Notes under the pieces: generated by a model
What the model saw: only the letters and a program-made list of their open reading frames with translations
What the model was told of the DNA's origin: nothing
The model's database searches: none
Program-made: the position numbers and the translations under genes
From: Candidatus Spongiisociaceae bacterium
GTDB taxonomy: Bacteria; Actinomycetota; Acidimicrobiia; Spongiisociales; Spongiisociaceae
Reading direction: 5' to 3'
Length of the DNA stretch: 64,000 bases
Assembly (NCBI GenBank): GCA_965219685.1
Contig: CBDCOH010000002.1
Location: forward strand, 288,001 to 352,000
Part shown: piece by piece, positions 9,394-18,721 of the stretch
Layout: every line of letters begins with the position of its first letter
How positions within the stretch are numbered: the stretch's first letter is position 1

Positions 9394-9532
9394 AGGGATC
9401 GATGCTTAGCGCTAGATCGGGCACGTGTCCGTTCTCGGTAGCACATACCCCCGACTGGTAGGGCACGGATCGGAAACCGGCTGGGCACGACCGAGCGAGT
9501 CGGCTCCCGGGCCCACCGTATAGCCTTGGCCG

Positions 9533-10684
9533 ATGTCCCCCTCCTTCTACCGGCTGCCACGGACGATCCTGTACCTGTTCATCGGCATCCAGGCGATGGG
9601 AATCGGGGTGATCATCTCGCTGCTGGCCGACATCCAGGACCGGTTCGGGTTTCCCACCTGGTCGCTGGGGACCATCGCCGGCGTCTCGTTCGCGTTCACG
9701 CTGGTGGCGCATCTGTGGCTGGCCTCGTTCGCCGACCGGGGCTGGGAACGGAGGATGATCGCCGTGGGGGGAGTCCTGGCGGTCCTTGCCCTGCTCTGGA
9801 TGGTGACCGCCTCGGACTTGTGGCACTGGGTGGCGGCCCGGGCCCTGCTCGGTTTCGCCGAAGGCACCTGCGTGGTGGCGGCGCGGCGGGTGATGCTGAG
9901 CTGGGACCCGGACCGTCAGGGCCGTGCCCTGAGCTCGCTGACCATGGCCCTGACGATCGGATTCCTGCTCGGTCCTCCGATCGCCGGCTTCCTGAACGAG
10001 ATCCACACGGGCCTTCCGTTCCTGCTGCCGGCCGTGGTGGAGGCGCTCCTGCTCCCGTTCCTGTTGATGGTCAGGCCCGGCGAGTACGGGCGTTCACCCG
10101 TCAGGCTGAAGCGCCGGAGCCTGGCGGCGATCCCGGGCCTGGCCCCGGGGCTGTTCCTGGCCGCCTCTCCCTGGCTGATGATCGGGACGCTCGACTCTCT
10201 CTGGGCCCGGTACATGACCGATCTCGGGGCCGGCCCGGCCACGATCGGTGTCGGCTTCCTGGCGCTGGCCCTCCCGAGCGTCTTCGTCACCCCTCTCAGC
10301 GGCCGGTTGGCGGACAGGATCAACCCGATCCGGCTGGCCCTCGCCGGGGCGGTGGTCGAGTTGCCGCTCGTGGTGGCATTCGGTTTCGCCACAGGTGTGC
10401 CGTTCCTCCTCGTGGTGGCGGCACTCCACTCCGCCACGTGGTCGTTCGTCACTCCGCCCGGTCAGGCCGCGGTGGCCAAGGTGGCGCCACCCGGACAGGC
10501 TGCCGAGGCGCAGGGCCTGGTCGAGTCCTACGGGCTCGTCCTGGCGTCCGCCGGGGCGCTGGTGGCGTCTCCCATCTACGCGGCCGGGGGTCCTGTCGTG
10601 CTGTTCTTCGCCGCGGCGGCGGTACTGGCGGTGACCCCGCTGGTGGTGTTCGCGAAGGGCAAGAACTGGAGAGGGGTTTTCTGA
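9533..10684 (+). CDS. MFS transporter
   Basis: About 12 hydrophobic segments; ADRGWERR and GRLADRI loops; GFLLGPPIAG. Confidence 0.85.
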   Translation: MSPSFYRLPRTILYLFIGIQAMGIGVIISLLADIQDRFGFPTWSLGTIAGVSFAFTLVAHLWLASFADRGWERRMIAVGGVLAVLALLWMVTASDLWHWVAARALLGFAEGTCVVAARRVMLSWDPDRQGRALSSLTMALTIGFLLGPPIAGFLNEIHTGLPFLLPAVVEALLLPFLLMVRPGEYGRSPVRLKRRSLAAIPGLAPGLFLAASPWLMIGTLDSLWARYMTDLGAGPATIGVGFLALALPSVFVTPLSGRLADRINPIRLALAGAVVELPLVVAFGFATGVPFLLVVAALHSATWSFVTPPGQAAVAKVAPPGQAAEAQGLVESYGLVLASAGALVASPIYAAGGPVVLFFAAAAVLAVTPLVVFAKGKNWRGVF

Positions 10685-10759
10685 TCGTTCGAGCCTGAAA
10701 CGGCGCCAAGCGTTTGCGGAGCGGCTATTCTTCCAGGCGATACGACCTCGAGGGGGAGT

Positions 10760-11470
10760 GTGGCCGAAAGCTTCCTGTGGAAAGGCCGTCTCGGGCCGAT
10801 GAATCTGAGTATCTCCGATACGACGTTCACGCCGTCGACCATCTCGACGCTGGTCGCTCGTGAACTGCGCATCGAGGAGGGGGACGTGGCGATCGACGTT
10901 GGTTGCGGCTCGGGAGTCTTGGCCATCGTCGCCGCCAAGCTCGGGGCCCGGCACGTTCACGCCATCGACAAGAGTCCCGACGTGATCGAGGTGGGTCGAG
11001 CCAACGCAGAGGCCAACGACGTGAGCGACCGGGTCAGCTTCTACCAGGGCGACCTCTTCGAGCCTCTCGACCAGAGCATCAAGGCCGACGTCATCATCGG
11101 CGACGTCTCGGGCATACCGGACGCTCTGGCCGATGAGAGTGGATGGTTCCCCACCAGGGGCGGCGGAGGAGCGCGCGGTAGCGAACTCCCCATCCGTATG
11201 CTCGAGGAGGCCCGGAGGAGGCTGGCCTCGGGTGGTCGGCTGTTCCTCCCCACCGGATCCCTCCAGGACGAGACCTCGATCATCGACACCGCCCGCCGGC
11301 TCTATACGAGGGTTCGCAAGCTGACCGAACGCCGGATACCCCTACCCAGCCGGATCGCCACCAGCCAGGTGCTCTCGGAACTCGTCGACAGGGGTGTGGT
11401 CCGCATCGTCACCCGGGGATCCAGGTCCCTGTGGGAGGCGAGGGTCTGGGAAGTCTCGGGCATCGCCTGA
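10760..11470 (+). CDS. Class I SAM-dependent methyltransferase (HemK/PrmA-like fold)
   Basis: IDVGCGSGVLAI motif I and GDLFEPL; the NPPY position reads DVSGIP. Confidence 0.8.
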   Translation: MAESFLWKGRLGPMNLSISDTTFTPSTISTLVARELRIEEGDVAIDVGCGSGVLAIVAAKLGARHVHAIDKSPDVIEVGRANAEANDVSDRVSFYQGDLFEPLDQSIKADVIIGDVSGIPDALADESGWFPTRGGGGARGSELPIRMLEEARRRLASGGRLFLPTGSLQDETSIIDTARRLYTRVRKLTERRIPLPSRIATSQVLSELVDRGVVRIVTRGSRSLWEARVWEVSGIA

Positions 11471-11527
11471 CGCGGGCCGGGCAGGTTAACGGTCTGTTCC
11501 GTCCCGGGTCGGTTACGATACGGCCAG

Positions 11528-12321
11528 ATGGTCGTCCGCGTTGGTGATGTGTTGGATGAGATCGACAGGCGGGTTCCTTTCCGGACCGCCGCACGTTGGG
11601 ACGCGGTGGGTCTGCAGCTCGGCGACACCCGCCGTCCCGTCTCGGCCGTAGCCGTGGCCCACGAGATCACCGGGCCGGTGGCGGACGACATACTGGCCCG
11701 AGGGATCGATCTCGCGGTCACCTACCACCCGCTGGTCTTCCACCCGCTACCCTCGGTGACGGCGGTCGCCGGGCCGGAAGGACGGTCGTTCGCTCTGGTG
11801 GAAGGGGGCGTGTCGGTGATCTCGGTTCACACCAACTGGGACGTTGCGGCCGGCGGTGTGGCCGACTGCCTGGCCGCGGCTCTCAACGTCGAGGACGCGG
11901 AGGGATTCGGCGTCATGGAGACCGCCGACGGCGAGCCGGTCCCGGTAGGACGCCACGGTCGTTCGACGGGACGCCGGCCGAGCTGATGGACACGGTCCGG
12001 ACCGCGCTTGGCAGCCGTCCACGCGCAGCCGGTCTCGGTGCGCGCAGGATCCGGCGGGTGGCCGTCGTGCCGGGTTCCGGCGGCGCCCATGTGGACGATG
12101 CGATCTCCGCGGGCGCCGACGCCTTCGTCACGGGTGACGTGTCCCACCATGAGGCGCGACGAGCCGTGGACCACCGGATGGCCGTGATCGACGCCGGACA
12201 CGGCCCCACCGAGCGCCCGGGGGTCAGGGCCCTCCACTCGTTGGTGGCCGACATCGTGCAATCACCCGTCGACCTGGTGGGCGACGACGACACCCCGTGG
12301 GAGGTTGAATGGAACGGCTGA
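11528..12321 (+). pseudogene. Nif3-like dinuclear metal-centre protein, split by a 1-nt frameshift at ~11962 (mutation or assembly error)
   Basis: N-half WDAVGLQLGD, TYHPLVF, SVHTNWD (11528 frame); C-half VAVVPGSGG, FVTGDVSHH, IDAGHGPTERPG (11596 frame). Confidence 0.85.
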
Positions 12322-13019
12322 GCAGCTTCGCCGATCTGCTGGAACTGCAGCAGATAGATGCATCTGTCGACAAGCTGCTGCAGGATCGCAGAAGCCTGCC
12401 CGAACTGGCGGACCACGCGCTGGCCCGCCGAGAGGCCCGGGAGGCCGCCCATGCCGCCGAGGAGGCCACCGTCCGGATGCGGAGCCTGGACCGCGATCTG
12501 TCCCGCACGGAGGACGAACTCCAGATGGCTGAGCAGAAGCTGAGAGAGCAGGAACGCCGGCTGTTCGCCGGGCGGATGAACGCTCGGGAGACCGAGAACA
12601 TGAGGGCGGAGGTGGAGAGCCTCCGGCGGCAGGTGGCGTCCATGGAGGACGAGCTGCTCGAGTTCCTCGACATGCGGGAAGGGATGCAGGAGGAGGAGAG
12701 GATGCTGGCCGGACGCGCCGACGCGACCGCCGAGGTGGAGCAGAGGCTCGCCGCCCGCATCGCCGAGTCCAGGGGGGTCATCGACGCGTCGCTTTCCCGG
12801 TTCCGAGAGCGCCGGGACGGGATCGTCGCGGAGGTGGAGCCTCGACTGCTGCAGCTCTACACCCGTCTCAGGGAACGCCGCGGCGGGATCGTCGTGGGTG
12901 AGACCTCCGGGCGGGTCTGCGGTGCGTGCCACCTCCAGATGCCGATCGCCGAGTACGAAGAAGTGGTGCGGGACGCAATTCCCCAGTGCATCAACTGCGC
13001 CGCCATCCTCGTCCTTTGA
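12309..13019 (+). CDS. Coiled-coil plus C4 zinc-ribbon protein (DUF164 family)
   Basis: LLELQQID start, long coiled coil, CGACHL...CINCAAILV; usual neighbour of nif3 in Actinobacteria. Confidence 0.9.
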   Translation: MERLSSFADLLELQQIDASVDKLLQDRRSLPELADHALARREAREAAHAAEEATVRMRSLDRDLSRTEDELQMAEQKLREQERRLFAGRMNARETENMRAEVESLRRQVASMEDELLEFLDMREGMQEEERMLAGRADATAEVEQRLAARIAESRGVIDASLSRFRERRDGIVAEVEPRLLQLYTRLRERRGGIVVGETSGRVCGACHLQMPIAEYEEVVRDAIPQCINCAAILVL

Positions 13020-13077
13020 ATCCCGACCCCATATCGCGGCGGCGTACCTGACCATCGACTGAGCAACTGGGCGCAGG

Positions 13078-13602
13078 ATGGTGTTCTGGCACGTGGGCGG
13101 CGCAGTTTTCCTGTTCCGCCTCCTGTTCAGGGACCCGGGCGTCGATCTCAGGTTTCTCGCCTCCGGCGCCTTGCTCCCCGATGCGGTCGACCTGCTGGTC
13201 GGTGTCGTCCAGGCCCAGGAGCCGGGCATGACCGGACGTTCCTACGGTCACTCGCTCCTGGTAGCCGTGGCGTTGCTGGCGGTGGGAATGTTGACGACGG
13301 AACGCGGCGGCGCCGGGAGGAAGCGCGCGGTTGTCCTCGCGGTTGGGGCCATGTTCCACCTGCTGCTCGACGCGATGTGGCTGTGGCCCGAGGTGTTGCT
13401 TTGGCCGCTGGCCGGCGGCTTCTCGCCGGCGGGTGCTCCCGGAGACTGGACCGGCTTCCCGGGCTCGCTCACCGGCGATCCTGCGCGGCTGGTGCAGGAG
13501 GCGGCGGGACTCGTCTACCTGATCTGGCTGCTGCGCCGGGCCGGGCTGTCCGACGGGGCGCAGCGTTCCCGCCTCTGGAGGACCGGCGTGATTGGCTGGT
13601 AG
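13078..13602 (+). CDS. Membrane-bound metal-dependent hydrolase (YdjM-like)
   Basis: GALLPDAVD, RSYGHSL and HLLLDAMW motifs with TM helices. Confidence 0.75.
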   Translation: MVFWHVGGAVFLFRLLFRDPGVDLRFLASGALLPDAVDLLVGVVQAQEPGMTGRSYGHSLLVAVALLAVGMLTTERGGAGRKRAVVLAVGAMFHLLLDAMWLWPEVLLWPLAGGFSPAGAPGDWTGFPGSLTGDPARLVQEAAGLVYLIWLLRRAGLSDGAQRSRLWRTGVIGW

Positions 13603-13670
13603 GTGTCAGGTGGTTTCCAGATCGCTATGCGTCGGCACCGGGCAACCGGCATCCGGCAACTGATCAACTG
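13592..13670. repeat. Facing heptamer arrays between convergent genes
   Basis: TTGGCTG GTAGGTG TCAGGTG (13592-13612, contains the TAG stop) and GCACCGG GCAACCG GCATCCG GCAACTG ATCAACT (13635-13669, contains the plsC stop). Confidence 0.55.
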
Positions 13671-14413
13671 CTGGCTTCTCGGACCAGCGTTGGCCGGCCG
13701 ACCTGCTCCGCGATCATGGCGTGCACCCGGTTCTTGAGACCTTCCAGCTCGTAGATCATCAGGCCGTCGGTGGCGATGGGCGGCATGATCTTGACCGTGA
13801 CCTGTCCCGAGCGGATCAGCTTGGTCTTCGGCTTCCATACCGCCCGGCTTCCGATGATGGCGGTGGGGAGGACGGGCGCCCGGACGTTGCGTGCGATCGA
13901 GAAGGCGCCCTTCTTGAAGGGGAGCATTACCCCGTCCCTGGGCCGGGTGCCCTCCGGGTAGATCATCAGGGACCAACCCCGGTCCATCGTCCTTCTCGCG
14001 CCCTCGTTTATGGCCTGGTGGGCGGCCCGGCCAGCTCCCCGGTCGACCTCGACCATTCCGATGCGCCGCATGGCCAGGCCGAACAGGGGGATCTTGAACA
14101 GTTCGGCCTTGGCCAGGAAACGGATCGGGACCGGCAAGGCGGCGAAGTGGGCGAAGATGTCGAACGCCGACTGGTGGTTGGACACGATCACGTAGGAACT
14201 CTTGGGGTCGATGTGTTCGAGTCCCTCGACCACGAGCTTCACCCCCGCCGCCCAGCACCACATCCGGCCCCACGCCCTTGCCACCCGGTCCAGTCCGGAG
14301 GAAGTAGGCCGGACGAGGGTGATCGTGACCACTGCCAGGGCGGCGACAGCCGTGTAGGGGATCGCCACCGCGAAGGTGACACCCGCCCTCAGCCCTCCGA
14401 GAATCTTCTTCAT
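13664..14413 (-). CDS. plsC: 1-acyl-sn-glycerol-3-phosphate acyltransferase
   Basis: NHQSAFD, FLAKAELF, YPEGTR, PFKKGAF. Confidence 0.9.
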   Translation of the reverse strand: MKKILGGLRAGVTFAVAIPYTAVAALAVVTITLVRPTSSGLDRVARAWGRMWCWAAGVKLVVEGLEHIDPKSSYVIVSNHQSAFDIFAHFAALPVPIRFLAKAELFKIPLFGLAMRRIGMVEVDRGAGRAAHQAINEGARRTMDRGWSLMIYPEGTRPRDGVMLPFKKGAFSIARNVRAPVLPTAIIGSRAVWKPKTKLIRSGQVTVKIMPPIATDGLMIYELEGLKNRVHAMIAEQVGRPTLVREASS

Positions 14414-14491
14414 CTCCCGGAGGATACCCGTCCGGTGAGGCCGGGGCCACGTTCGTTACCCTCCTGGCCTACATCTAGGCGGAAGGCGGCG

Positions 14492-15691
14492 GTGGCCCGG
14501 AGGCGAACGAGGTTCACGAACGACCAAGCGGTGCGGGTATTCCTCCGAGCGCAGGGGTTCGGGGACCGGCGTCCCTCCGGCCGGGTGGACGCCCGCCACT
14601 TCGCCCGGGTGGTCCGCCGGTTGCGCCTTCTCCAGATCGACTCGGTCAACGTGCTGACCCGGGCCCACTACCTCCCCGTGTTCGCCAGGCTGGGCCCCTA
14701 CCCGCGGGAGGCCCTCGATCGGTGGATATACGAAGGTCGCCACATGTTCGAATACTGGTGCCACCAGCAGTCCTACGCTCCGGTGCGTTTCCACCCCATG
14801 ATGCGGCCCCGGATGCGGGAGATGGACGATCACCGCTGGAAGCGGGTCCGGGATCTGCTCGAACACGAGCCCGAGTTCGTGGAGTCCGTGCTCGAAGAGG
14901 TCGGGGCCAGGGGTCCGATCCCGGCTCGCCTCCTCTCCGACCCCGGTGAGAAGACGGGTCCGTGGTGGGGATACGGGAAGGGAAAGGTGGCCCTGGCATG
15001 GCTGTTCGCCACGGGGCAGGTGGCGGTCGCCCACCGGGTCAACTTCGAACGCTGGTACGACCGGCCCGAGCGGGTGCTGCCGGCTGAGGTGCTGGAAGCG
15101 CCCGATCCGTCTGCCGGGGAGTCCGCACGCATGATGGTCCTCGAGGCGGCCGGAGCGCTGGGGATCGGCACCGTGCCCGACCTCGCGGACTACTTCCGGA
15201 TGAGGATCACACCGACCGCCCGGGCCGTGGAGCAACTCGTGGACCGCGGCGACCTGCGTGAGGTGGCGGTCACCGGGTGGGCGCGTCCCGCGTACATACG
15301 CGAGGACATGGTCCTTCCGAGGGCGCGCCGGGGCACTGCTCTCCTGTGCCCCTTCGACCCGCTGGTGTGGGACCGGGAGCGGACCGAGCGGATGTTCGGG
15401 TTCCGCTACCGGATCGAGATCTACACCCCCCGGGCCAAGCGGGTCTACGGTTACTACGTGCTCCCACTGCTGATGGACGGCCATCTCGTCGGCAGGGTCG
15501 ACGCCAAGGCCGACCGCAAGGGCGGCGTACTTCGAATTCCCGTCGCCTTCGCGGAGCCGGGTGCGGACCTGCCAGCGGCGGGCGCCGCTCTCGCCGGGGA
15601 ACTGCGCGAGATGGCCGAGTGGCTCGGCCTTTCCCGTGTGGAGGTCGCGCCATCCGGCAACCTGGCAGGAGCAACCCGGGCGGCGTTGTGA
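14492..15691 (+). CDS. ycaQ: YcaQ-like (HTH_42/AlkZ superfamily) interstrand-crosslink DNA glycosylase
   Basis: LLQIDSVNVLTRAHY (QxD), FEYWCH, LLCPFDPLVWDRER, YRIEIYTP, KRVYGYYVLP. Confidence 0.85.
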   Translation: MARRRTRFTNDQAVRVFLRAQGFGDRRPSGRVDARHFARVVRRLRLLQIDSVNVLTRAHYLPVFARLGPYPREALDRWIYEGRHMFEYWCHQQSYAPVRFHPMMRPRMREMDDHRWKRVRDLLEHEPEFVESVLEEVGARGPIPARLLSDPGEKTGPWWGYGKGKVALAWLFATGQVAVAHRVNFERWYDRPERVLPAEVLEAPDPSAGESARMMVLEAAGALGIGTVPDLADYFRMRITPTARAVEQLVDRGDLREVAVTGWARPAYIREDMVLPRARRGTALLCPFDPLVWDRERTERMFGFRYRIEIYTPRAKRVYGYYVLPLLMDGHLVGRVDAKADRKGGVLRIPVAFAEPGADLPAAGAALAGELREMAEWLGLSRVEVAPSGNLAGATRAAL

Positions 15692-16293
15692 GTCCGGGCT
15701 CCACCGGCCCCGGCCGTGGTCCGGATCCGCCCGCCGGAGGAGCGACCAAGCAGGAGTGGCGCCGTTGGGCCAAGGCAATGCGGCGACCGGGCATACCCGG
15801 GCCGGTCTCCCGGGCCGTGACAGCCGGGATCATTTCCTGGTTCGCCGGTTCCCACGCTCCGGAGGGTGCTGTGGTCCTGTACCTGCCTCTCCCCGACGAG
15901 GTGGATGTGACTCCCGTGATGGACAGTGTGGACCGGGCCTTCGCCGTTACCAGAACGCCACCGCGGGGGACCCTGACCTTGCACCCGGTGGATTCGCCGA
16001 GGGAGAGGCACCGCTACGGCTTCGAGCAGCCGGTGGCCGGAGCTCCGCTGCTCGATCCAGGCGGCGTGGGCGTGGCGCTCGTACCGGGGCTGGCCTTCGA
16101 CCGCGGGGGAGGCCGCCTGGGCAGGGGAGGGGGCTACTACGACCGCCTCCTGCCCACCCTGCCCCCCGATACGGCGCGCGTGGGAGTGGTGCCCGAGCAA
16201 CTGGTGGTGGAGGCGGTCCCCACCGATCCCCACGATGTCCCGATGACGCATCTGGCCACCGAACTAGGTGTTGTGGTGATTGGTGATTGGTGA
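15688..16293 (+). CDS. 5-formyltetrahydrofolate cyclo-ligase
   Basis: LVPGLAFDRGGGRLGRGGGYYDRLL and PTDPHDVPM; stop lies inside the heptamer array. Confidence 0.9.
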   Translation: MSPGSTGPGRGPDPPAGGATKQEWRRWAKAMRRPGIPGPVSRAVTAGIISWFAGSHAPEGAVVLYLPLPDEVDVTPVMDSVDRAFAVTRTPPRGTLTLHPVDSPRERHRYGFEQPVAGAPLLDPGGVGVALVPGLAFDRGGGRLGRGGGYYDRLLPTLPPDTARVGVVPEQLVVEAVPTDPHDVPMTHLATELGVVVIGDW

Positions 16294-16329
16294 TTGGTGA
16301 TTGGTGATTGGTGATTCGTGATTCGTGAT
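16274..16329. repeat. Tandem heptamer array (TGGTGAT)x6 (TCGTGAT)x2
   Basis: Directly read; overlaps the 3' end and TGA stop of the cyclo-ligase. Confidence 0.95.
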
Positions 16330-16340
16330 TCGTCTGGCTC

Positions 16341-16377
16341 GTAGGGACTGAGGGCGGTGCAACCCTGCCAGTTCCCT
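16341..16377. other. GTAG-led imperfect hairpin between two heptamer arrays
   Basis: GT-AGGGACTG-AGGG-CGGTGCAA-CCCT-GC-CAGTTCCCT. Confidence 0.45.
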
Positions 16378-16380
16378 GAG

Positions 16381-16422
16381 ACCTAGCACCTAGGACCTCA
16401 CACCTAACCCCCAACACCTAGC
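16381..16422. repeat. C/A-rich heptamer array abutting the ideR -10 box
   Basis: ACCTAGC ACCTAGG ACCTCAC ACCTAAC CCCCAAC ACCTAGC, then TACGCT, 6 nt, ATG. Confidence 0.8.
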
Positions 16423-16434
16423 TACGCTTGACCC

Positions 16435-17094
16435 ATGTCCGATTCCAGCTACTCCGTCCGTTGCCGTGAGTATGCCGAGGCCATCTGGGAACTGGAGGAG
16501 GCCGGGATCCGGGTGCTCCAGGCCCGGATAGCGCGCTGGCTGGGGGTCAGCCCGGCCAGCGTCTCGGAGATGATCCGGCGTATGCAGGCCGAGGGCCTCG
16601 TGACCATCGAGGACGAGGTGACTCTCACCGATGAGGGCCGTCACCTGGCGGCGGTGGTGGTGCGCCGTCACCGTCTCGCCGAACGTTTCCTCTCCGAGAT
16701 TCTCAAGCTCCCGTGGGCCAAGGTCCACGAGGAGGCCGAGGTCTGGGAGACGATGATCTCAGACGACGTCGAGAAGGCCATGTGGGCGGTGATGGAGGAC
16801 CCCAAGACCTGCCCCCACGGCAACCCGATCCCCGGCGCCGGTTACCAGCCTCCCAGGATGAAGCCGCTCGCCGACATGGAGAGGGGAGAGACACTGTCCC
16901 TGGAGCGGATATCGGAGGAGTTGGAACTCGATGCCGAGATGATGCGTTTCCTGGACGAGAACCACATCCGTCCCGACTCCGTGATCCGGATGGTTCAGAA
17001 GGACCCGTACGGCGCCCTGACCGTCGAGGTGGCGGAGCACCAGGTGGGCATCGGAGCCTTCGCGTCGGAACGCCTCTTCGTAGCCGTCGAGTAA
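16435..17094 (+). CDS. ideR: DtxR/IdeR family metal-dependent repressor with FeoA-like C-terminus
   Basis: ARIARWLGVSPASVSEMIRRM, RRHRLAERFL, VHEEAEVWE, CPHGNPIPG. Confidence 0.9.
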   Translation: MSDSSYSVRCREYAEAIWELEEAGIRVLQARIARWLGVSPASVSEMIRRMQAEGLVTIEDEVTLTDEGRHLAAVVVRRHRLAERFLSEILKLPWAKVHEEAEVWETMISDDVEKAMWAVMEDPKTCPHGNPIPGAGYQPPRMKPLADMERGETLSLERISEELELDAEMMRFLDENHIRPDSVIRMVQKDPYGALTVEVAEHQVGIGAFASERLFVAVE

Positions 17095-17237
17095 CGGTCC
17101 TTGAGCGGACACGACCCTGTGCCTTCGTACCCTGGTCGGCCGCTCGGGTCTTGGACGCCGTCCGGCCCCCGCGATCGGGGTCCGTCGCCGGCGAGACGCG
17201 CAGTTCCCCTGGTTCCGGCCGGGCCGCTCCGGTTCGG

Positions 17238-17771
17238 ATGACCGAGCCCCTGGATCCGTTCGACTGGAGCCTGCTCAGGCGGATGGAGGCCCGTGTGCGG
17301 CGGGAGTTCGAGGCCGCCGAATCGGATGCCGCCCTGCTGGCGGCCCGCCGCCGGCGGCTGGCCGACGTAGCTTGGGAGGCGGCACAGTCCGGCAAGCAGG
17401 TGAGCGTCAGGGTGGGAAGCCGCCAGTTGGCCGGGAAGCCCCTCTATGCCCGCAACGACCTGATGAGCCTCGAGACGGCCAACGGTCGAGTGGATGTCTG
17501 CTTGCCCAACATCGACGCCATGACGGTGACACAGTCACGCGCCGAGGGATTGTCGGTTCGCAAGGACGCCGAGACCTTTGCCGCCCGGATCGCGATGCTG
17601 CAGCTGACCCGCGAGCGGGTCGAGATCGTATGCCGGGGTGGGGAGGCGCGATTCGACGGGACGATCGAGTACGTGGCCCGTGATCACGTGGCGCTGGCCG
17701 GGTCTCGCGGTGAGGTTCTCGTGGCGCTGGAAGCCATCGCCTATCTGGTGCTTCGTCCGGAATTGCGCTGA
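17238..17771 (+). CDS. Conserved hypothetical protein (two beta-rich repeats)
   Basis: 177-codon ORF with typical GC3 bias; helical N-terminus and two G-x-I/L-x-YVAR/YAR-D-like units. Confidence 0.7.
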   Translation: MTEPLDPFDWSLLRRMEARVRREFEAAESDAALLAARRRRLADVAWEAAQSGKQVSVRVGSRQLAGKPLYARNDLMSLETANGRVDVCLPNIDAMTVTQSRAEGLSVRKDAETFAARIAMLQLTRERVEIVCRGGEARFDGTIEYVARDHVALAGSRGEVLVALEAIAYLVLRPELR

Positions 17772-17859
17772 CCTAGACGGATTCGGATCAGCACACGGTT
17801 AACCGTTCCTACTCCTCGGTCAAGCCGCGTCTCTGATCTCCCCTAGACTGGAGTCAGCC

Positions 17860-17950
17860 TCTAATTGACGTTGTTCCTTCTAAGTACAATGGTTTATACA
17901 CTGCTAAAAATGTGTAGCTCATTTTAACGAATGAATGCACCATACAATCG
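17860..17950 (+). promoter_or_regulatory. AT-rich promoter/regulatory region of the tad operon
   Basis: Markedly AT-rich; TTGACG, TACAAT twice and TACACT hexamers; TACAC...GTGTA inverted repeat. Confidence 0.5.
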
Positions 17951-18001
17951 AAGTTCGGTCTAGATTGAGATGCCATCAGGCCTACATCGGGGGTGAACGG
18001 G

Positions 18002-18721
18002 ATGGTGAGGACCGAGACGGCGGGTCGGATCGCTTCGACGCCGAAGGGGGCGAAACGCCCCAGGCGGAGCATCTTCAGCCGGTTGTCATTCGGACACGTG
18101 GTGATGATCTCCGCAGGACTGCTGGCGTTCCTGCTGAACATGCTGGTCCTGCGGAGCAAGGGCGAGACGGTGGAGGTCCCGGTAGCGGCGCAGCCGATAA
18201 CCGCCGGAACCCGACTCCGGGCGGAGGATGTCGGGTACCGGTTGGTTGACGCCGAGGGACCTTTCCTGGAACGGGTGCTCCACCGGGAAGCGGTGGCGTC
18301 TCTCCTGGGCCACGTAGTCATCCGCGACATCGATCCGGGGGCTCCCCTGCTGGCCGATGACCTGAAGCCGGTCGCCGCACCCGATGCCGGTAGGGCGATG
18401 AACATTCCGGTCCCGCCGGATCATGCGGTCGGCGCAGCCCTGTCCGTCGGTGATCGGGTGGATGTCATCGCCGTGGATGACGGGGGTAGCCGCTTCGTGG
18501 CTACGGGCATCGAAGTGCTCGGGGTGGCTCTCGGCGGGAGCCGCACCTCCGGCGACCGGTTCGGCGTCACGGTGGCGGTCAGCGAGGAGGAGGCGCTGGC
18601 CATAGCGGCGGCGATCGACGGGGATGCCGTACACCTGGTCAGGTCGACGGGCAGCTCCGAGATCGGCGCGGCGCCGGAACCGGTAGCGCCCCGGGCTCCG
18701 GGAACGGGGTCGCGGTCGTGA
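18002..18721 (+). CDS. cpaB: Flp pilus assembly protein CpaB/RcpC (SAF domain)
   Basis: N-terminal TM; VPVAAQPITAGTRLRAED SAF; LSVGDRVDVIAV; VTVAVSEEEALAI. Confidence 0.85.
   Translation: MVRTETAGRIASTPKGAKRPRRSIFSRLSFGHVVMISAGLLAFLLNMLVLRSKGETVEVPVAAQPITAGTRLRAEDVGYRLVDAEGPFLERVLHREAVASLLGHVVIRDIDPGAPLLADDLKPVAAPDAGRAMNIPVPPDHAVGAALSVGDRVDVIAVDDGGSRFVATGIEVLGVALGGSRTSGDRFGVTVAVSEEEALAIAAAIDGDAVHLVRSTGSSEIGAAPEPVAPRAPGTGSRS

Noticed and set aside
13721-14491. 257-aa N-terminal extension of the YcaQ-like ORF
   Set aside because: It is the antisense of plsC; homology begins at GTG 14492.
17865-17890. TTGACG/TACAAT as a canonical sigma-70 promoter pair
   Set aside because: Spacer is only 14 nt; kept only as a general AT-rich regulatory region.
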